Assembly: GCA_016932035.1 (NCBI GenBank)
Contig: JAFGDR010000022.1
Location: forward strand, 1,226-65,225
Reading direction: 5' to 3'
Length of the DNA: 64,000 nucleotides
Source: Candidatus Cloacimonadota bacterium
GTDB taxonomy: Bacteria; Cloacimonadota; Cloacimonadia; JGIOTU-2
Below are positions 9,148-19,787 of the stretch, piece after piece. A program made the position numbers and the translations under genes. Positions within the stretch are counted from its first letter, which is position 1. Every line of letters begins with the position of its first letter. The notes below the pieces were generated by a model. The model did no database searches. It saw nothing but the letters and a program-made list of their open reading frames with translations, and was not told the DNA's origin.

Positions 9148-11220
9148 ATGAAAAATAATACCTATCTCTATGAAATTGGAACAGAAGAAATTCCTGCTTC
9201 TTACATACGTCCTGCAGCAACCTATCTTCAGGAATATTTTTCAAAAAAACTAAAAGAAGCACAGCTTGAATTTTCAGAGATAAAACATTTTTCCACACCA
9301 CGAAGATTGTGTCTTATTATTACGGGACTTCCACCCGGTCAAGCAGATTCATCTGAAGAAATAATCGGTCCTCCAAAACGAATTGCATATGATGATAAAG
9401 GGAATCTGAACAAAGTCGGGCTTGGTTTTATGAAAAAACAGGGACTCGATGAAAAGGATGTAATCATCAAAGAACTTTCAAAGGGCGCGTACCTTAGCGC
9501 AACGAAACATTTCAAAGGAAAGTCTACAGAAGAAATTCTCCAAACAATCTCAATCGATGTCATCCCCAACATTCCTTTCCCGAAGAAGATGCATTGGGGT
9601 AACAGTGCTCTTTTTTTTGCCCGTCCGATCCGATGGCTTCTGGCATTATATAATGATAATATTCTTCCATTTGAAGTAGACGGCATAAAAAGTAATAATC
9701 TCACATATGGAAATAGATTTCAGATATTGCAAAATAATATTTATATTAATAATATAAGTAATTATATTTCTTTATTAAATGAACATTTCGTTATCGCAGA
9801 CAGGAATGAGCGAAAATCAAAGATCCGTGAAGAAATAAATGCTGCAGCAGAAAAAGCAGGAGGATATCCAGTCGACGATGAGGAACTCCTCGAAACTGTC
9901 ACAGATTTGGTTGAATATCCCTCGCCTATCATTGGCAGCTTTAATCCTTCATTCCTCGAATTACCTCCGAAAGTGCTGACAACAACCCTTTCAGAAACAC
10001 AAAAATCATTCTCCGTAAAAAATAAACAAGGCGAACTTATACCCTTCTTTATCGGCATCGGAAACAGCAATCCGGCTACAATCGATAAAGTGCTTTATGG
10101 TAATGAACGCGTTATCAATGCGCGTCTCAGTGATGCAAAATTCTATTTCGATACGGACAGGGAAACATCCCTTGAAGCCAGAGTTCCAGAACTGAAAAAG
10201 GTCACGTTCATCAATAATCTCGGTACACTTTATGACAAAATAACGAGGATGAAATCACTCGGCAGCTGGGTTGCACAATCACTTTCCTATGATGAGAATA
10301 AAATTTCACGCGCTGTTCTTCTATGCAAATCCGACCTGACAACACTCATTCTTGGTGAAAAGGAATACACAAAACTTCAGGGCTACATGGGCTGGCAATA
10401 TGCACTCAATGATGGAGAAGATCCTGAAGTAGCACAGGCAATTTTTGAGCAATATCTTCCACGTTTTAAAAATGATGTTCTTCCCGAAACACAAACTGGT
10501 ACAGCTCTCTCCCTCGTGGATAAGATGGATACTGTCACAGGATGTTTTTCGATCGGACTTCAACCAACCGGCACAAGCGATCCGCTCGGTATCAGGAGAG
10601 CAGGAAACGGAATAGTTAGCATTCTTGCTGCAAACAATATTTCCCTCGATCTTGTAGAATGTATCGATCAAAGCATTGCAGCATTCAAGGAAGCCGATCC
10701 TGAGCTTCGTGATGCTGTCGTCGAATTCTTCATTCAGAGGATTCGTATGTACATCGAAAACAAGGGTATCGATTATGATGTCATAAATGCAGTGCTAGAA
10801 GCTGGTTTTTCAGATATCCCGGATACACTCATCAGAGCTCAGTGCCTACAACAATTCAAAACCCATGATGATTTCAAGGATTTCATAGTCGGCTTTAAAA
10901 GAGCTTCCAATATTCTGGAAAGTTCAAAAAAGGAAGTAAAACTTCAAGAAGCGCTTTTGCAAGAAAAAGAAGAATCCAAGCTCTACCAGAAACTACTCGA
11001 GATAATCCCATCATATAAAACTCATCTTGAAGATAGGGATTACGTCGAATGTTTTAATGATCTTCTCGGACTCAAAGTTTCTATAGATAATTTTTTTGAT
11101 AATGTAATGGTGATGGTCGAAGATGAAAAATTGCGTGAAAACCGCATGGCGCTTCTTCGTTTAATACATTCGACCTTTGTAAAAACTGCTGATCTTTCGA
11201 AGATCGTATATGAATTATAA
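9148..11220 (+). CDS. glyS: Glycine--tRNA ligase beta subunit
   Basis: 690 aa, with an 'EIGTEEIPA' N-terminal motif characteristic of GlyS. No adjacent glyQ. Confidence 0.8.
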   Translation: MKNNTYLYEIGTEEIPASYIRPAATYLQEYFSKKLKEAQLEFSEIKHFSTPRRLCLIITGLPPGQADSSEEIIGPPKRIAYDDKGNLNKVGLGFMKKQGLDEKDVIIKELSKGAYLSATKHFKGKSTEEILQTISIDVIPNIPFPKKMHWGNSALFFARPIRWLLALYNDNILPFEVDGIKSNNLTYGNRFQILQNNIYINNISNYISLLNEHFVIADRNERKSKIREEINAAAEKAGGYPVDDEELLETVTDLVEYPSPIIGSFNPSFLELPPKVLTTTLSETQKSFSVKNKQGELIPFFIGIGNSNPATIDKVLYGNERVINARLSDAKFYFDTDRETSLEARVPELKKVTFINNLGTLYDKITRMKSLGSWVAQSLSYDENKISRAVLLCKSDLTTLILGEKEYTKLQGYMGWQYALNDGEDPEVAQAIFEQYLPRFKNDVLPETQTGTALSLVDKMDTVTGCFSIGLQPTGTSDPLGIRRAGNGIVSILAANNISLDLVECIDQSIAAFKEADPELRDAVVEFFIQRIRMYIENKGIDYDVINAVLEAGFSDIPDTLIRAQCLQQFKTHDDFKDFIVGFKRASNILESSKKEVKLQEALLQEKEESKLYQKLLEIIPSYKTHLEDRDYVECFNDLLGLKVSIDNFFDNVMVMVEDEKLRENRMALLRLIHSTFVKTADLSKIVYEL

Positions 11221-11234
11221 TTTATGGAGTTTAA

Positions 11235-12434
11235 ATGAGCACATTCCTTTCCCATCGAGCCCGTGCAATAAAGCCGTCCCCGACACTTACTGTTTCTGCG
11301 CTTGCAAAACAGATGAAAGCCGAAGGCAAAGATGTAATCAATTTTGGTGTTGGTGAACCCGATTTCAACACACCCGATTATATCAAAGAAGCTGCGAAGC
11401 AGGCTTTGGATGATAATTTCACCCGTTATACAGCTGCTGCAGGAATTCCTGAGCTGAGAAATGCAATCGTCGAAAAACTACGCGTGGATAACGGTCTTGA
11501 TTACAGCGCTGATCAAATCCTTGTATCTCCCGGTGCGAAAGCATCTATCATTCATATTCTGCTTGCAATCTGCGATCCTCGTGACGAAGTGGTCATCCCT
11601 TCACCTTATTGGGTAAGCTACACATCGCAGGTCGAAATGGTAGATGGACACCCGATCCTTCTTCTCACTAATATGAGTACAAATTTCAAGATCACAGCGA
11701 AGCAACTTGAAGAAGCACTGAATTCATTAAGCAATCCGAAAGCACTTATTCTTAATTCTCCAAACAATCCTACAGGAAGTGTTTATTCAGAAGAAGATTT
11801 ACTGGGAATTGCTGAAGTATGTGCAAAAAATGATATTTTTATTATTTCTGATGAGATTTATGAGAAACTCATTTATGATGGTGAAAAGCATGTATCGATC
11901 GCATCCCTTTCTCCTGAGGTAAAAGAAAAGACCATTGTCATTAATGGTGTATCAAAGGCATACGCAATGACCGGATGGCGTCTTGGATATGCTGCAGGTC
12001 CTCTTGAAGTTATTAAATATGCAAGCCGCATACAAAGTCATACCACATCAAACGTGAACTCAATGACACAGAAAGCTGCAGTGGTTGCATTGCGGGAGGA
12101 TGACGGAAGTATCGAACGGATGCGCCAGCAGTTTGAAAAGCGCAGAAATTTCCTTGTTGAAGGACTGAATTCGATTCCTAATATTAAATGCACACTTCCA
12201 AAAGGCGCTTTTTATGCTATGCCGGACATATCGTTTTATCTTCAAAACAACTCGAAAAATATCACATCATCTGCAGACCTATGCACATATATTCTTAAAA
12301 ATAATCTGGTCGCAATCGTTCCCGGCTCTGCTTTCGGGGCAAATAATTATGTTCGCTTTTCCTATGCAAATTCAATGGAGAACATCGAAGCTGGTTTGCA
12401 GCGTTTTGCTGATGGATTGAATCGCATTTTATAA
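11235..12434 (+). CDS. Class I/II PLP-dependent aminotransferase (aspartate aminotransferase-like)
   Basis: 'NFGVGEPDF', a 'SKAYAMTGWRLGY' lysine-containing motif, 399 aa. Confidence 0.8.
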   Translation: MSTFLSHRARAIKPSPTLTVSALAKQMKAEGKDVINFGVGEPDFNTPDYIKEAAKQALDDNFTRYTAAAGIPELRNAIVEKLRVDNGLDYSADQILVSPGAKASIIHILLAICDPRDEVVIPSPYWVSYTSQVEMVDGHPILLLTNMSTNFKITAKQLEEALNSLSNPKALILNSPNNPTGSVYSEEDLLGIAEVCAKNDIFIISDEIYEKLIYDGEKHVSIASLSPEVKEKTIVINGVSKAYAMTGWRLGYAAGPLEVIKYASRIQSHTTSNVNSMTQKAAVVALREDDGSIERMRQQFEKRRNFLVEGLNSIPNIKCTLPKGAFYAMPDISFYLQNNSKNITSSADLCTYILKNNLVAIVPGSAFGANNYVRFSYANSMENIEAGLQRFADGLNRIL

Positions 12435-12435
12435 C

Positions 12436-12654
12436 ATGTCATTTTTTACCGACGAATGGAAGAAGCGAAGAACATATCGAAATAAAGACCTTACTTCTGT
12501 CTGGAAATTGATCATACGCATTCTCCTTCTTATTATTCTCATTATTCTTATACGGTTTTTTTCTACAGGTGGTGTTTCAAAATTCTGGAATTACATTCTT
12601 CATGAAAACGACAAACCTGCGACGGTTATCATTGAAGAAGAGGTGGTCGAATAA
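12436..12654 (+). CDS. Small hypothetical membrane protein (72 aa), translationally coupled between the aminotransferase and PfkB kinase genes
   Basis: Single hydrophobic helix 'LIIRILLLIILIILIRFF'. Its stop shares one nucleotide with the downstream start (TAATG). Confidence 0.3.
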   Translation: MSFFTDEWKKRRTYRNKDLTSVWKLIIRILLLIILIILIRFFSTGGVSKFWNYILHENDKPATVIIEEEVVE

Positions 12655-13556
12655 TGAGTCTGCTTGTTGTCGGCTCCATCGGATTAGATACTATAGAAAA
12701 TCATCACGGGAAGGTCCGTGATGTACTTGGAGGTTCTGCGATATATGCCTCTGTTTCAGCCAGCTTTTTGTATGATAATGTGGCAATCGTCGGCATAGTT
12801 GGTAAGGATTTTCCGGAAGAATATATTACGCTTTTAAAAAAACATGGGGTCAATACTGCCGCACTTCAGTTTGCGGATGGTCAAACCTTCCGCTGGAGGG
12901 GACGCTACACCAATCTCAACCAGGCAATCACACTTGAAACTCATCTCAATGTTTTTGCATCTTTTGATCCAACGATTCCTGAAGAACTACAAACCTCTCC
13001 ATTTATTCTACTTGGCAATATTGATCCTGAAATACAACTCAAAGTGATCACACAAATGAAAGAGCCTAAGATCATTGCCGCAGATACAATGAATTACTGG
13101 ATCATCAAAAAACTCGATGCACTCATGGAGATGTTACAGCATATTGATATACTTTTTATTAATGATGAAGAAATTAGATTATTAACCCTGGAACACTATT
13201 TGTATGATGCGTCCCAGAAAATTCTGACATATGGCCCAAAGACGGTTGTCGTCAAAAAGGGTGAGCACGGTGTTATGATCGTAAAAAAGGATTTCTACTT
13301 TTTTGCTCCAGGCTATCCTCTGAAAAAGGTTATGGATACAACAGGTGCAGGTGACTGTTTCTCCGGAGGTTTCATGGGTCATCTTGCTTATTGTAAAACA
13401 CTTAATGAGTCAACGCTTAGGCAGGCAGCGATCATGGGCACCATTACATCGGCTTATAATGTTGAGGGCTTTAGCCTAGACGCACTTACAAAGCTCTCGA
13501 AAGACAAAATTATTTCGCGTTTTAATAAACTAAAAAAATATACACAGTTCGAATAA
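12654..13556 (+). CDS. PfkB-family carbohydrate/nucleoside kinase
   Basis: 'TTGAGDCFSGGFMGHL' PfkB signature 2, 300 aa. Confidence 0.7.
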   Translation: MSLLVVGSIGLDTIENHHGKVRDVLGGSAIYASVSASFLYDNVAIVGIVGKDFPEEYITLLKKHGVNTAALQFADGQTFRWRGRYTNLNQAITLETHLNVFASFDPTIPEELQTSPFILLGNIDPEIQLKVITQMKEPKIIAADTMNYWIIKKLDALMEMLQHIDILFINDEEIRLLTLEHYLYDASQKILTYGPKTVVVKKGEHGVMIVKKDFYFFAPGYPLKKVMDTTGAGDCFSGGFMGHLAYCKTLNESTLRQAAIMGTITSAYNVEGFSLDALTKLSKDKIISRFNKLKKYTQFE

Positions 13557-14575
13557 TGAAAGACTCGATCGATTACAAAAAAGCAGGTGTAGACATTAAG
13601 GCAGGAGAAAAAGCTGTCGATCTTATAAAACCGCTTGCAAAAAATACTTTCTCAAAAGATGTTGTAACTGACATTGGCTCATTCGGGGCACTTTTCAAAC
13701 TCGATCTCTCAAGATGGACAAAACCAATACTCGTTTCGAGCACAGACAGCGTTGGTACAAAAGTACACATTGCAAACATGCTTCAAAAATGGGATACTCT
13801 TGGGCAGGATATCGTTAATCATTGTGTAAATGATATCCTTACCCAGGGTGCGTATCCGCTTTTCTTTTTGGATTATATCGGCATCGGGAAAGTACTGCCT
13901 AGGCATATTCAAGAAATTGTCAAAGGACTCACTCAAGCATGCAAAGAGAATGACTGTGCACTTATCGGTGGAGAGCTCGCCGAGATGCCGTCTCTGTATA
14001 GCGATGATGATTTTGATCTTGTTGGAACGATTATCGGTTGTGTTAATGAGGATAAAGTCATCTCAGGTAAGACTATTTCAGATAGTGATATTCTTCTCGG
14101 ATTTCCTTCAACCGGACTTCATACAAATGGCTATACCCTCGCTCGTAAAATTGTTTTTGACATAATGCAATTAAAACCGGGTTCGTTCATTGAAGACTTA
14201 CATTCTACAATTGCCGAAGTACTTCTTGCTGTTCATAAATCCTACTACCCTATCTTAAAACCGTATATAGAAAATAAAATAATCAAGGGACTTGCACATA
14301 TTACAGGTGGAGGAATACCCGGTAATCTGAAACGGATAATTCCAGGTGGTTTCTCTGCTGTTGTACAAAAGGACTCTTGGGAAATACCGCCACTATTCGA
14401 GATGCTCCAAAAAGGGGGAAATGTACATATTGATGAGATGTATCGAGCATTCAATATGGGTATCGGAATGATTGCAATCGTCGATGAAGAACATGCTGAC
14501 ATTATTATTGAGGAAACTGATGCGATAATCATCGGTTCAATTGAAAAAGGGAAGAAAAAAGTAGTACTTCAATAA
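13556..14575 (+). CDS. purM: Phosphoribosylformylglycinamidine cyclo-ligase (AIR synthetase)
   Basis: N-terminal 'YKKAGVDIKAGEKAV' and PurM-fold motifs, 339 aa. Confidence 0.85.
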   Translation: MKDSIDYKKAGVDIKAGEKAVDLIKPLAKNTFSKDVVTDIGSFGALFKLDLSRWTKPILVSSTDSVGTKVHIANMLQKWDTLGQDIVNHCVNDILTQGAYPLFFLDYIGIGKVLPRHIQEIVKGLTQACKENDCALIGGELAEMPSLYSDDDFDLVGTIIGCVNEDKVISGKTISDSDILLGFPSTGLHTNGYTLARKIVFDIMQLKPGSFIEDLHSTIAEVLLAVHKSYYPILKPYIENKIIKGLAHITGGGIPGNLKRIIPGGFSAVVQKDSWEIPPLFEMLQKGGNVHIDEMYRAFNMGIGMIAIVDEEHADIIIEETDAIIIGSIEKGKKKVVLQ

Positions 14576-15384
14576 TGGCAGAAACCTGGCGCTTCATCAA
14601 TTCCGGAAAACTCAAACCTTATGAGAATATGGCAATGGATGAAGCACTTTTATTTGGTGTCATTAATAGAAATTACCCTCCTGCAGTACGAGTTTATGAT
14701 TGGCATCCCCCCACCGTTTCTTTCGGATATCATCAGAAGATCCACGAGCACATTTGTATTGAAAAAGTAAAAGAATATGGATTTGGACTTGTTCGACGTC
14801 CAACCGGCGGAAGAGCAGTTCTTCATTATGATGAAGTAACCTACGCAGTTATATCCAGAACTGACGGAGTTCTTTCCGGTTCCATACTTGAATCCTACCA
14901 AAAAATAGGAAGAGTGTTACTCTCATCTCTTCATGAGATTGGAATCGATGCTGTTATGTATGACAGCATGCCATCCGAAAGAGAGCAGAAGATTTGGATC
15001 AATCCCTGTTTCACAAGCGCTTCAAAGTATGAGATAAACTATAATGGAAAAAAACTAATAGGTAGCGCTCAGATACGAAAAGGCAATGCCCTTCTTCAGC
15101 ACGGATCAATTCTTTTCAATCATAATCAGGAATTGATGGCAGAGCTATTACCTACGAAAAGCATAAAAGAAAAAGAAACAATAAAGAAACTCTTATCAAA
15201 AAAAACCGTTGCAGTGAATTCACTTCTCGAGAATCCTGTGACATTTAATAATTTTGCAAATGTCTTAAAGAAAAATTTCCAAAATATTCTTGGAATTACT
15301 TTCTCAGAAAACGATGAGTTAACATCATATGAGAAACAATTGTATGAAGGTTTCAAAAATAAGTATAACTTCGATGAAAAGTAA
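14575..15384 (+). CDS. Lipoate-protein ligase / octanoyltransferase family protein (BPL/LPL catalytic domain only)
   Basis: 'RRPTGGRAVLHYDEVTYAVI' LplA-family motif. At 269 aa it lacks the LplA C-terminal domain. Confidence 0.6.
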   Translation: MAETWRFINSGKLKPYENMAMDEALLFGVINRNYPPAVRVYDWHPPTVSFGYHQKIHEHICIEKVKEYGFGLVRRPTGGRAVLHYDEVTYAVISRTDGVLSGSILESYQKIGRVLLSSLHEIGIDAVMYDSMPSEREQKIWINPCFTSASKYEINYNGKKLIGSAQIRKGNALLQHGSILFNHNQELMAELLPTKSIKEKETIKKLLSKKTVAVNSLLENPVTFNNFANVLKKNFQNILGITFSENDELTSYEKQLYEGFKNKYNFDEK

Positions 15385-15444
15385 TGTTTTATTGATGTAC
15401 AAAAAAGTTGACATATGTTTTAGCGCACTTGAAATTAGTTCCGT

Positions 15445-15470
15445 GTCTTAGTACCTAAGACCAATTTTTT
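15445..15470 (+). terminator. Short perfect inverted repeat (gtcttag-tac-ctaagac) followed by caatttttt. Possibly a weak terminator for the purM/lipoyl-ligase operon or an operator ahead of the TonB-dependent receptor.
   Basis: 7-bp perfect inverted repeat with a 3-nt loop and a T-run, read directly from the sequence. Confidence 0.25.
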
Positions 15471-15486
15471 CATGAAGGGAGAAGCT

Positions 15487-18400
15487 ATGAAAAGGTACTT
15501 ATTCGCTTTTACATTCGTTGTGCTTTTTCTTCTAGTAGCCGTACTCCATGCAGGTACGACAGGTAAACTTGCTGGCCGGGTTACTGATATTGATTCTGGA
15601 GAGCCCGTTATCGGCGCCAATGTAATCATTATTGAGAAACAAATAGGTGCAACCACAGACGACAAAGGTCGTTATATGGTAATTAACATTCCTCCTGGCA
15701 CCTATGAAGTCAAAGCTTTCAGAATGGGTTATCAAGCAGTCACCATTACAGATGTAAAGATCAATCTTGACTTGACCACAACCTTAAACTTCGAACTCAA
15801 AAGCACTGATACACAAATTGAAGGTATCACTGTTAGAGCAGAACAGAAGCTTGTTGAGAGAGATATTACAGGTTCGGAAAAAATCATTAGTTCCGAAGAT
15901 ATCGAACAAATGCCGGTTCAATCAATTCAAGAGATCGTTGCTGTTACTGCTGGTGCTGTAGGTTCTGGAGAAAATCTTCACATTAGAGGAGGTCGTGCTA
16001 ATGAGGTTGTGTACACTGTTGACGGTATGTCGGTTTCCAATCCGGTTGATAACGGATTTGGCATGCAGCTCGATATGGACGCTGTTGGAGACATGTCCGT
16101 TCAGACAGGTGGTTTTACTGCTGAGTTCGGTAACGCACAATCAGCCATTATTAACCTTGTGACAAAATCAGGTGGTCCTGAATATTCAGGAAAGCTCGAA
16201 ATGAGTTCCGACCACATCTTTGATGAAGGAAGCAATGAAGACCAGGTCAAATTTGCATTTGGTGGGCCGATCATTCCTTCCGGCTCTCAACATCAAAGAG
16301 ATAAGTTCACATTCTATCTCAACACTACTGGTGCATGGACAGACGGAAGGTACAAAGATTACTATGCTCTTGAAGAAACCAACCCTCTGTCTAATCCTCT
16401 TGGGCAACTTTCTTATTTCGGATTCGGTGATTCATTATATTATTTTAACGAGATCAATTCAATCACAGAAGGAAGAGATAAAATTTGGTTGTTTGATGTA
16501 GGTGACAGGTATGTTAACAGCTATCAAGCTAACTTTAAAACAAAGTTCCAGGTTAGTCCAACTGTCAAACTTACAGCAGCAGTTAGAGGTGATAGGGAAA
16601 CAAATCTTCCTTTCAATTATCTTAACCGATTGTCTCTTCGCTATATGAACCACTGGACAACAGAACATAATCAACTTGCACTCACCTGGGATCAAACGAT
16701 ATCTCCAAAAATGTTCTATACTGTCCGCGCAAGCAGGTTCGAGACAAATATTGATTTGAATTCCGGTGTTGATAGAGGTTGGTATTTCACCGCTCAAAAT
16801 GTTGATTGGAACAATCCGACATGGACTGAAGATCCGACTTCCAATAACTTTGGCGTTCATATTCCCGGGCAGCAGGAAGATCAGATTTTAGAATATTACG
16901 ACCAGTTTAATGATGAACAACCAGTGCCGCTGTTCACAAATCCGGGAACACACGCGGGGAATTTCTGGAAAGACCAGACAATCACCTATTCTTTGAGAAG
17001 TGATTTCACTTACCAGATAAACGAAATACATCAAGCTAAAACCGGTATTGAGATCAAATTCAACGAAATTTATAAAGACCGTCTTAATAATCCCTGGGAC
17101 ATTGATGACGTTACAAGACTTCCTAATTATCTAAAAACAGTAACAAAAGTTGATACAAATGTTACTCCCTATGATCAACTAAATATGGTTGCATATGGCG
17201 AAGATATTTACTGGAAGAATGATTTTATCGACGCAATCAAGTTTGCTGGCGGAAATATTGACGGCTATAAAGCCTTTCCCTGGCAGGGCGCATACTATCT
17301 CCAAGATAAGATGGAGTGGGAAGGTATGATCGTTAATGCCGGTATGCGTTTCGACTTCTGGTATCTTGGAAACAAATACCAGATTAAAAGTGATACAACT
17401 GGTAAATATATTGATGCAGAATGGGACAAGGTTACATACATTGTAGACGATGGCAGCGGTGGATTTGAGACCAGAACTGAAGATGTTAAAAAATTCCAAA
17501 TCATGGTTAGTCCCCGTTTAGGTGTATCACATCCTATTACTGATAAAGATGTGCTTCACTTTGCATATAACTACCAAAGTCAGCTTCCTCCAATGCAGTA
17601 TGTGTTCACCAGCTCAACAGAGCGCGCAGGAGAGGTGGGAGCTCAAGTTGGTAATCCTAACCTGAAGCCCGAAACAACTATCACATATGAGGTTGGTGTC
17701 GAGCATCAGATGGGTGAAGATTACCTTCTTGATGTGACTATTTTCTACAAGAATATCTATAATCTTGTTAGTATTCTTGATAATGACTACTCTCTCCTTC
17801 CGGATAGTATTGCACAAGCCGGCAGACAATACTGGCTTTATATTTCGCAGGACTATGGCAGTGCACGTGGTGTAGAACTTACCCTGAAAAAACGTTTTAG
17901 TAATTTCTGGGGCTTCACACTTGGATACACATATTCCTGGGCAAACGGACGTAACTCCGGTGCCGTTGAAGCAAGAGACAACCTGAGAGAATTTCCTCTT
18001 GATTGGGACATCAGACATAATGCTTCACTGAATTTTGATTTCAGAATTCCCGAAGACGAAGAGTTCTATCTCTTTGGTATCAAGATGCCTGATAAATTCT
18101 ATACAAGCTTGCTCTGGAGAATTCAATCAGGTGCTCCCTATACTCCTTTAACACCTGATCCTGATAGTAATGTCCAACTTGAAACAAATTCCGATAGACT
18201 TCCTTGGACAAATAGTGCAGACCTGAGAGTGAGTAAAGCATTCAACCTTTTTGGTGATACTAAATTCACTATCTTCTGCAATATTTCAAATTTATTTAAT
18301 ACCCTTAATATTAACTACGTTGATACAAAAACCGGTGAAACACCTGATAAAGGCACCCTTACCTATTGGGACACCTATGATTTAAATCATGACGGCAAGA

Positions 18401-18519
18401 TCGAACGAGAAGATGGTGAAGACGTTACAGGCGCTGCCATTTATCTTGAAGGACTTTCCAATCCCAATATCTATTCAATAGGTCGCAGGATTTCCCTTGG
18501 TGTAAGATTTGAATGGTAA
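15487..18519 (+). CDS. TonB-dependent outer-membrane receptor with an N-terminal carboxypeptidase-regulatory-like (CarbD) domain
   Basis: CarbD-like 'GRVTDIDSGEPVIGANVII...GTYEVKAFRMGYQ', a plug domain, a long beta-barrel, and a C-terminal '...VRFEW'. GGGAGA RBS ahead of ATG 15487. The listed ORF start at 15472 is a likely over-extension. Confidence 0.8.
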   Translation: MKRYLFAFTFVVLFLLVAVLHAGTTGKLAGRVTDIDSGEPVIGANVIIIEKQIGATTDDKGRYMVINIPPGTYEVKAFRMGYQAVTITDVKINLDLTTTLNFELKSTDTQIEGITVRAEQKLVERDITGSEKIISSEDIEQMPVQSIQEIVAVTAGAVGSGENLHIRGGRANEVVYTVDGMSVSNPVDNGFGMQLDMDAVGDMSVQTGGFTAEFGNAQSAIINLVTKSGGPEYSGKLEMSSDHIFDEGSNEDQVKFAFGGPIIPSGSQHQRDKFTFYLNTTGAWTDGRYKDYYALEETNPLSNPLGQLSYFGFGDSLYYFNEINSITEGRDKIWLFDVGDRYVNSYQANFKTKFQVSPTVKLTAAVRGDRETNLPFNYLNRLSLRYMNHWTTEHNQLALTWDQTISPKMFYTVRASRFETNIDLNSGVDRGWYFTAQNVDWNNPTWTEDPTSNNFGVHIPGQQEDQILEYYDQFNDEQPVPLFTNPGTHAGNFWKDQTITYSLRSDFTYQINEIHQAKTGIEIKFNEIYKDRLNNPWDIDDVTRLPNYLKTVTKVDTNVTPYDQLNMVAYGEDIYWKNDFIDAIKFAGGNIDGYKAFPWQGAYYLQDKMEWEGMIVNAGMRFDFWYLGNKYQIKSDTTGKYIDAEWDKVTYIVDDGSGGFETRTEDVKKFQIMVSPRLGVSHPITDKDVLHFAYNYQSQLPPMQYVFTSSTERAGEVGAQVGNPNLKPETTITYEVGVEHQMGEDYLLDVTIFYKNIYNLVSILDNDYSLLPDSIAQAGRQYWLYISQDYGSARGVELTLKKRFSNFWGFTLGYTYSWANGRNSGAVEARDNLREFPLDWDIRHNASLNFDFRIPEDEEFYLFGIKMPDKFYTSLLWRIQSGAPYTPLTPDPDSNVQLETNSDRLPWTNSADLRVSKAFNLFGDTKFTIFCNISNLFNTLNINYVDTKTGETPDKGTLTYWDTYDLNHDGKIEREDGEDVTGAAIYLEGLSNPNIYSIGRRISLGVRFEW

Positions 18520-18539
18520 AAATTTAGGAGGATATACAA

Positions 18540-19343
18540 GTGTATACCAATAAGAAATTCAGAATTCTACTCTTGGCATTATTGATAACTGGCATGTTTG
18601 TCGGCAACCTTTGTGCGCAGGATGAAATGACAGTTGAAGACACAACAGCAATTACTGAAGAAGAAGTTGTTGTCGTTGAAGAAACAGTCCAAACTGGAGG
18701 CATTGAAGCCTTCGCACGTAAAATTGTCGGTAGCGGCTTAGTTGATCTTTTCATCAAAGGTGGATGGGTCATGTACCCGATGCTCATTCTCGTTATCTGG
18801 GCATTAGCAACTTCCATCTGGAAAATTATTTCCCTTCGTTACGCAAAAATATCTGTTCACGATTTCTTAGAGAAGCTTCTCCCATTAGTTAAAGAAAAGA
18901 AATTCGATGATGCAATAGCACTGTGTGCGAAGACCCGTGGACCTGTTGCCAGCGTTCTACATGCTGGACTGCTCAAAGCAGATAAAGGTTCAGAAGAAGT
19001 TGAAAAAGCTGTTGAACATGCTGCAATTCTTGAAATGTCATTCCTTGAAAAAGGACTTATTGCTTTGGCAACGACCATTAACCTTGCTCCTATGCTTGGA
19101 TTCCTTGGAACGGTTGTTGGTATGATCCAGGCTTTCGAAGCAATCGCTGCTGCTGGTGAAGTTGAACCAACAATTGTAGCAAGCGGTATTTCAGTAGCTT
19201 TGATCACAACAGCATCAGGTTTGGCAGTCGCTATACCTATCCAGTTATTCAACAATTTCTTTGTATCTGTTATTGATGGATTGATCATCGACATGCAGAC
19301 TGGCTCTGAGAAATTGACGGAAGCATTATTAGAAGTCAAATAG
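18540..19343 (+). CDS. exbB: MotA/TolQ/ExbB proton-channel protein with a signal peptide and an acidic N-terminal extension
   Basis: MotA/ExbB TM core ('LAPMLGFLGTVVGMIQAF'). GTG start with an AGGAGG RBS at 18526-18531. Confidence 0.8.
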   Translation: MYTNKKFRILLLALLITGMFVGNLCAQDEMTVEDTTAITEEEVVVVEETVQTGGIEAFARKIVGSGLVDLFIKGGWVMYPMLILVIWALATSIWKIISLRYAKISVHDFLEKLLPLVKEKKFDDAIALCAKTRGPVASVLHAGLLKADKGSEEVEKAVEHAAILEMSFLEKGLIALATTINLAPMLGFLGTVVGMIQAFEAIAAAGEVEPTIVASGISVALITTASGLAVAIPIQLFNNFFVSVIDGLIIDMQTGSEKLTEALLEVK

Positions 19344-19365
19344 CAATGTAAGGAATTGATTTAGC

Positions 19366-19779
19366 ATGAATATTATAAAAGCAAAAAAACCGCGTCTCAA
19401 TCCTAAGATTCCGACATCGTCGATGGCTGACGTGGCATTTCTTTTGCTCGTATTCTTCCTTGTTACAACAAAGTTCGATGTGAAAGAAGGGCTCGGTTTA
19501 GTGCTTCCACCTCACTCCGAATCAGGCGGTCAAAAGGTCAAGATCAAGCAGGAAAACCTCACAAAGATCAAAGTTAATAGAAGAGGTGATATCGCTGTTG
19601 ATGACAAAATTGTCACACCTGCTGAACTTGAGCAGATCGTCGCTGATGTAATCGTGGAAAATCCGAAAATGGTCTTTGTGCTGGAAGCAGATCGTCAGGC
19701 ACGGTACGAAATGATGGTTCGTGCTCTTGATAGATTACTCGCTGCCGGTGCTCAAACCGTATCACTATCTACCCGATAA
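19366..19779 (+). CDS. exbD: Biopolymer transport protein ExbD/TolR (copy 1)
   Basis: 'SMADVAFLLLVFFLVTT' ExbD TM signature, 137 aa. Confidence 0.8.
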   Translation: MNIIKAKKPRLNPKIPTSSMADVAFLLLVFFLVTTKFDVKEGLGLVLPPHSESGGQKVKIKQENLTKIKVNRRGDIAVDDKIVTPAELEQIVADVIVENPKMVFVLEADRQARYEMMVRALDRLLAAGAQTVSLSTR

Positions 19780-19787
19780 GAGGTTCT

